64,000 nucleotides of DNA, taken from an uncultured Bacteroidales bacterium (GTDB lineage Bacteria; Bacteroidota; Bacteroidia; Bacteroidales; VadinHA17). Positions 63,866 to 64,000 of the stretch are shown piece by piece. The notes under the pieces are model-generated. The model did not search any database, had not been told where the DNA came from, and was given only the letters and a program-made list of their open reading frames with translations. The stretch is taken from the NCBI GenBank assembly GCA_963846335.1, contig CAWJVS010000020.1, positions 30,238 through 94,237 of the forward strand, in the 5' to 3' direction. A program made the position numbers and the translations under genes. The stretch's first letter is position 1, and the number at the start of each line of letters is the position of its first letter.

Positions 63866-64000
63866 CTATTTAATTAATTCATATTTAAATACTGCTTTCT
63901 TTATTCTGTCCATTATAGCCATGCCTAATCCTGATTCAATAACAGGCTCAATAAGTATTTGCTTAATCTGTTCATCATCTTCCATAGCATGAAGTGACGA
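63866..64000 (-). CDS. 3' end of an unidentified gene (partial, runs off the window)
   Basis: The open frame reads ...SSLHAMEDDEQIKQILIEPVIESGLGMAIMDRIKKAVFKYELIK*, ending 2 nt before the carbonic anhydrase ATG. Too short to assign. Confidence 0.4.
   Translation of the reverse strand, partial: SSLHAMEDDEQIKQILIEPVIESGLGMAIMDRIKKAVFKYELIK

Overview
This 64-kb window looks like chromosomal DNA from an anaerobic Bacteroidota-type organism. Supporting signs are T9SS C-terminal sorting domains, a BatE-like gene, TAnnTTTG -7 promoter boxes, and a sulfatase plus anSME set. I recognised no rRNA, tRNA, CRISPR array, transposase or integrase. All calls come from reading the supplied ORF translations and the DNA by eye; no database search was run.

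Content in order:
- BatE-like protein, a trans-sulfuration PLP enzyme, ung and a CYTH protein.
- A lysine-2,3-aminomutase-like radical-SAM gene with two Ddl-like ATP-grasp ligases.
- A MATE exporter, a beta-helix/5xBig_2/T9SS surface protein, arfB and an EamA transporter.
- An L-rhamnose locus: GH78, rhaT, rhaM, rhaA and an FGGY kinase.
- A CotH-LTD-T9SS gene divergent from an LTD lipoprotein, VTC domain protein, and DUF4956-like and DUF2490-like genes.
- An 18.7-kb co-directional minus-strand operon (26.2-44.9 kb). It joins a MacB-like ABC pair, a GT4 glycosyltransferase, a fused NuoE/NuoF-type NADH flavoprotein, a NuoG-N-terminal-like Fe-S protein, a NapH-like polyferredoxin, a Tat-exported NapG-like ferredoxin, an uncalled 54-aa Cys-rich membrane peptide, five PQQ-like beta-propellers and one NHL propeller. 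No recognisable catalytic subunit is present. This is my best candidate for an undescribed system.
- asnB, four sulfatases (one Cys-type, three Ser-type), a serine hydrolase, an anSME, a DoxX fusion protein and a Tat Gfo/Idh/MocA oxidoreductase.
- A BacNaV-type channel, DedA, TerC and a beta-carbonic anhydrase.

Two window-wide observations:
- About 30 genes or gene segments are broken by 1-nt indels, with no nonsense codons seen. They are concentrated in the sulfatase region.
- Short arrays of an A(C/G)ACNGAG-type motif sit in several intergenic spacers.
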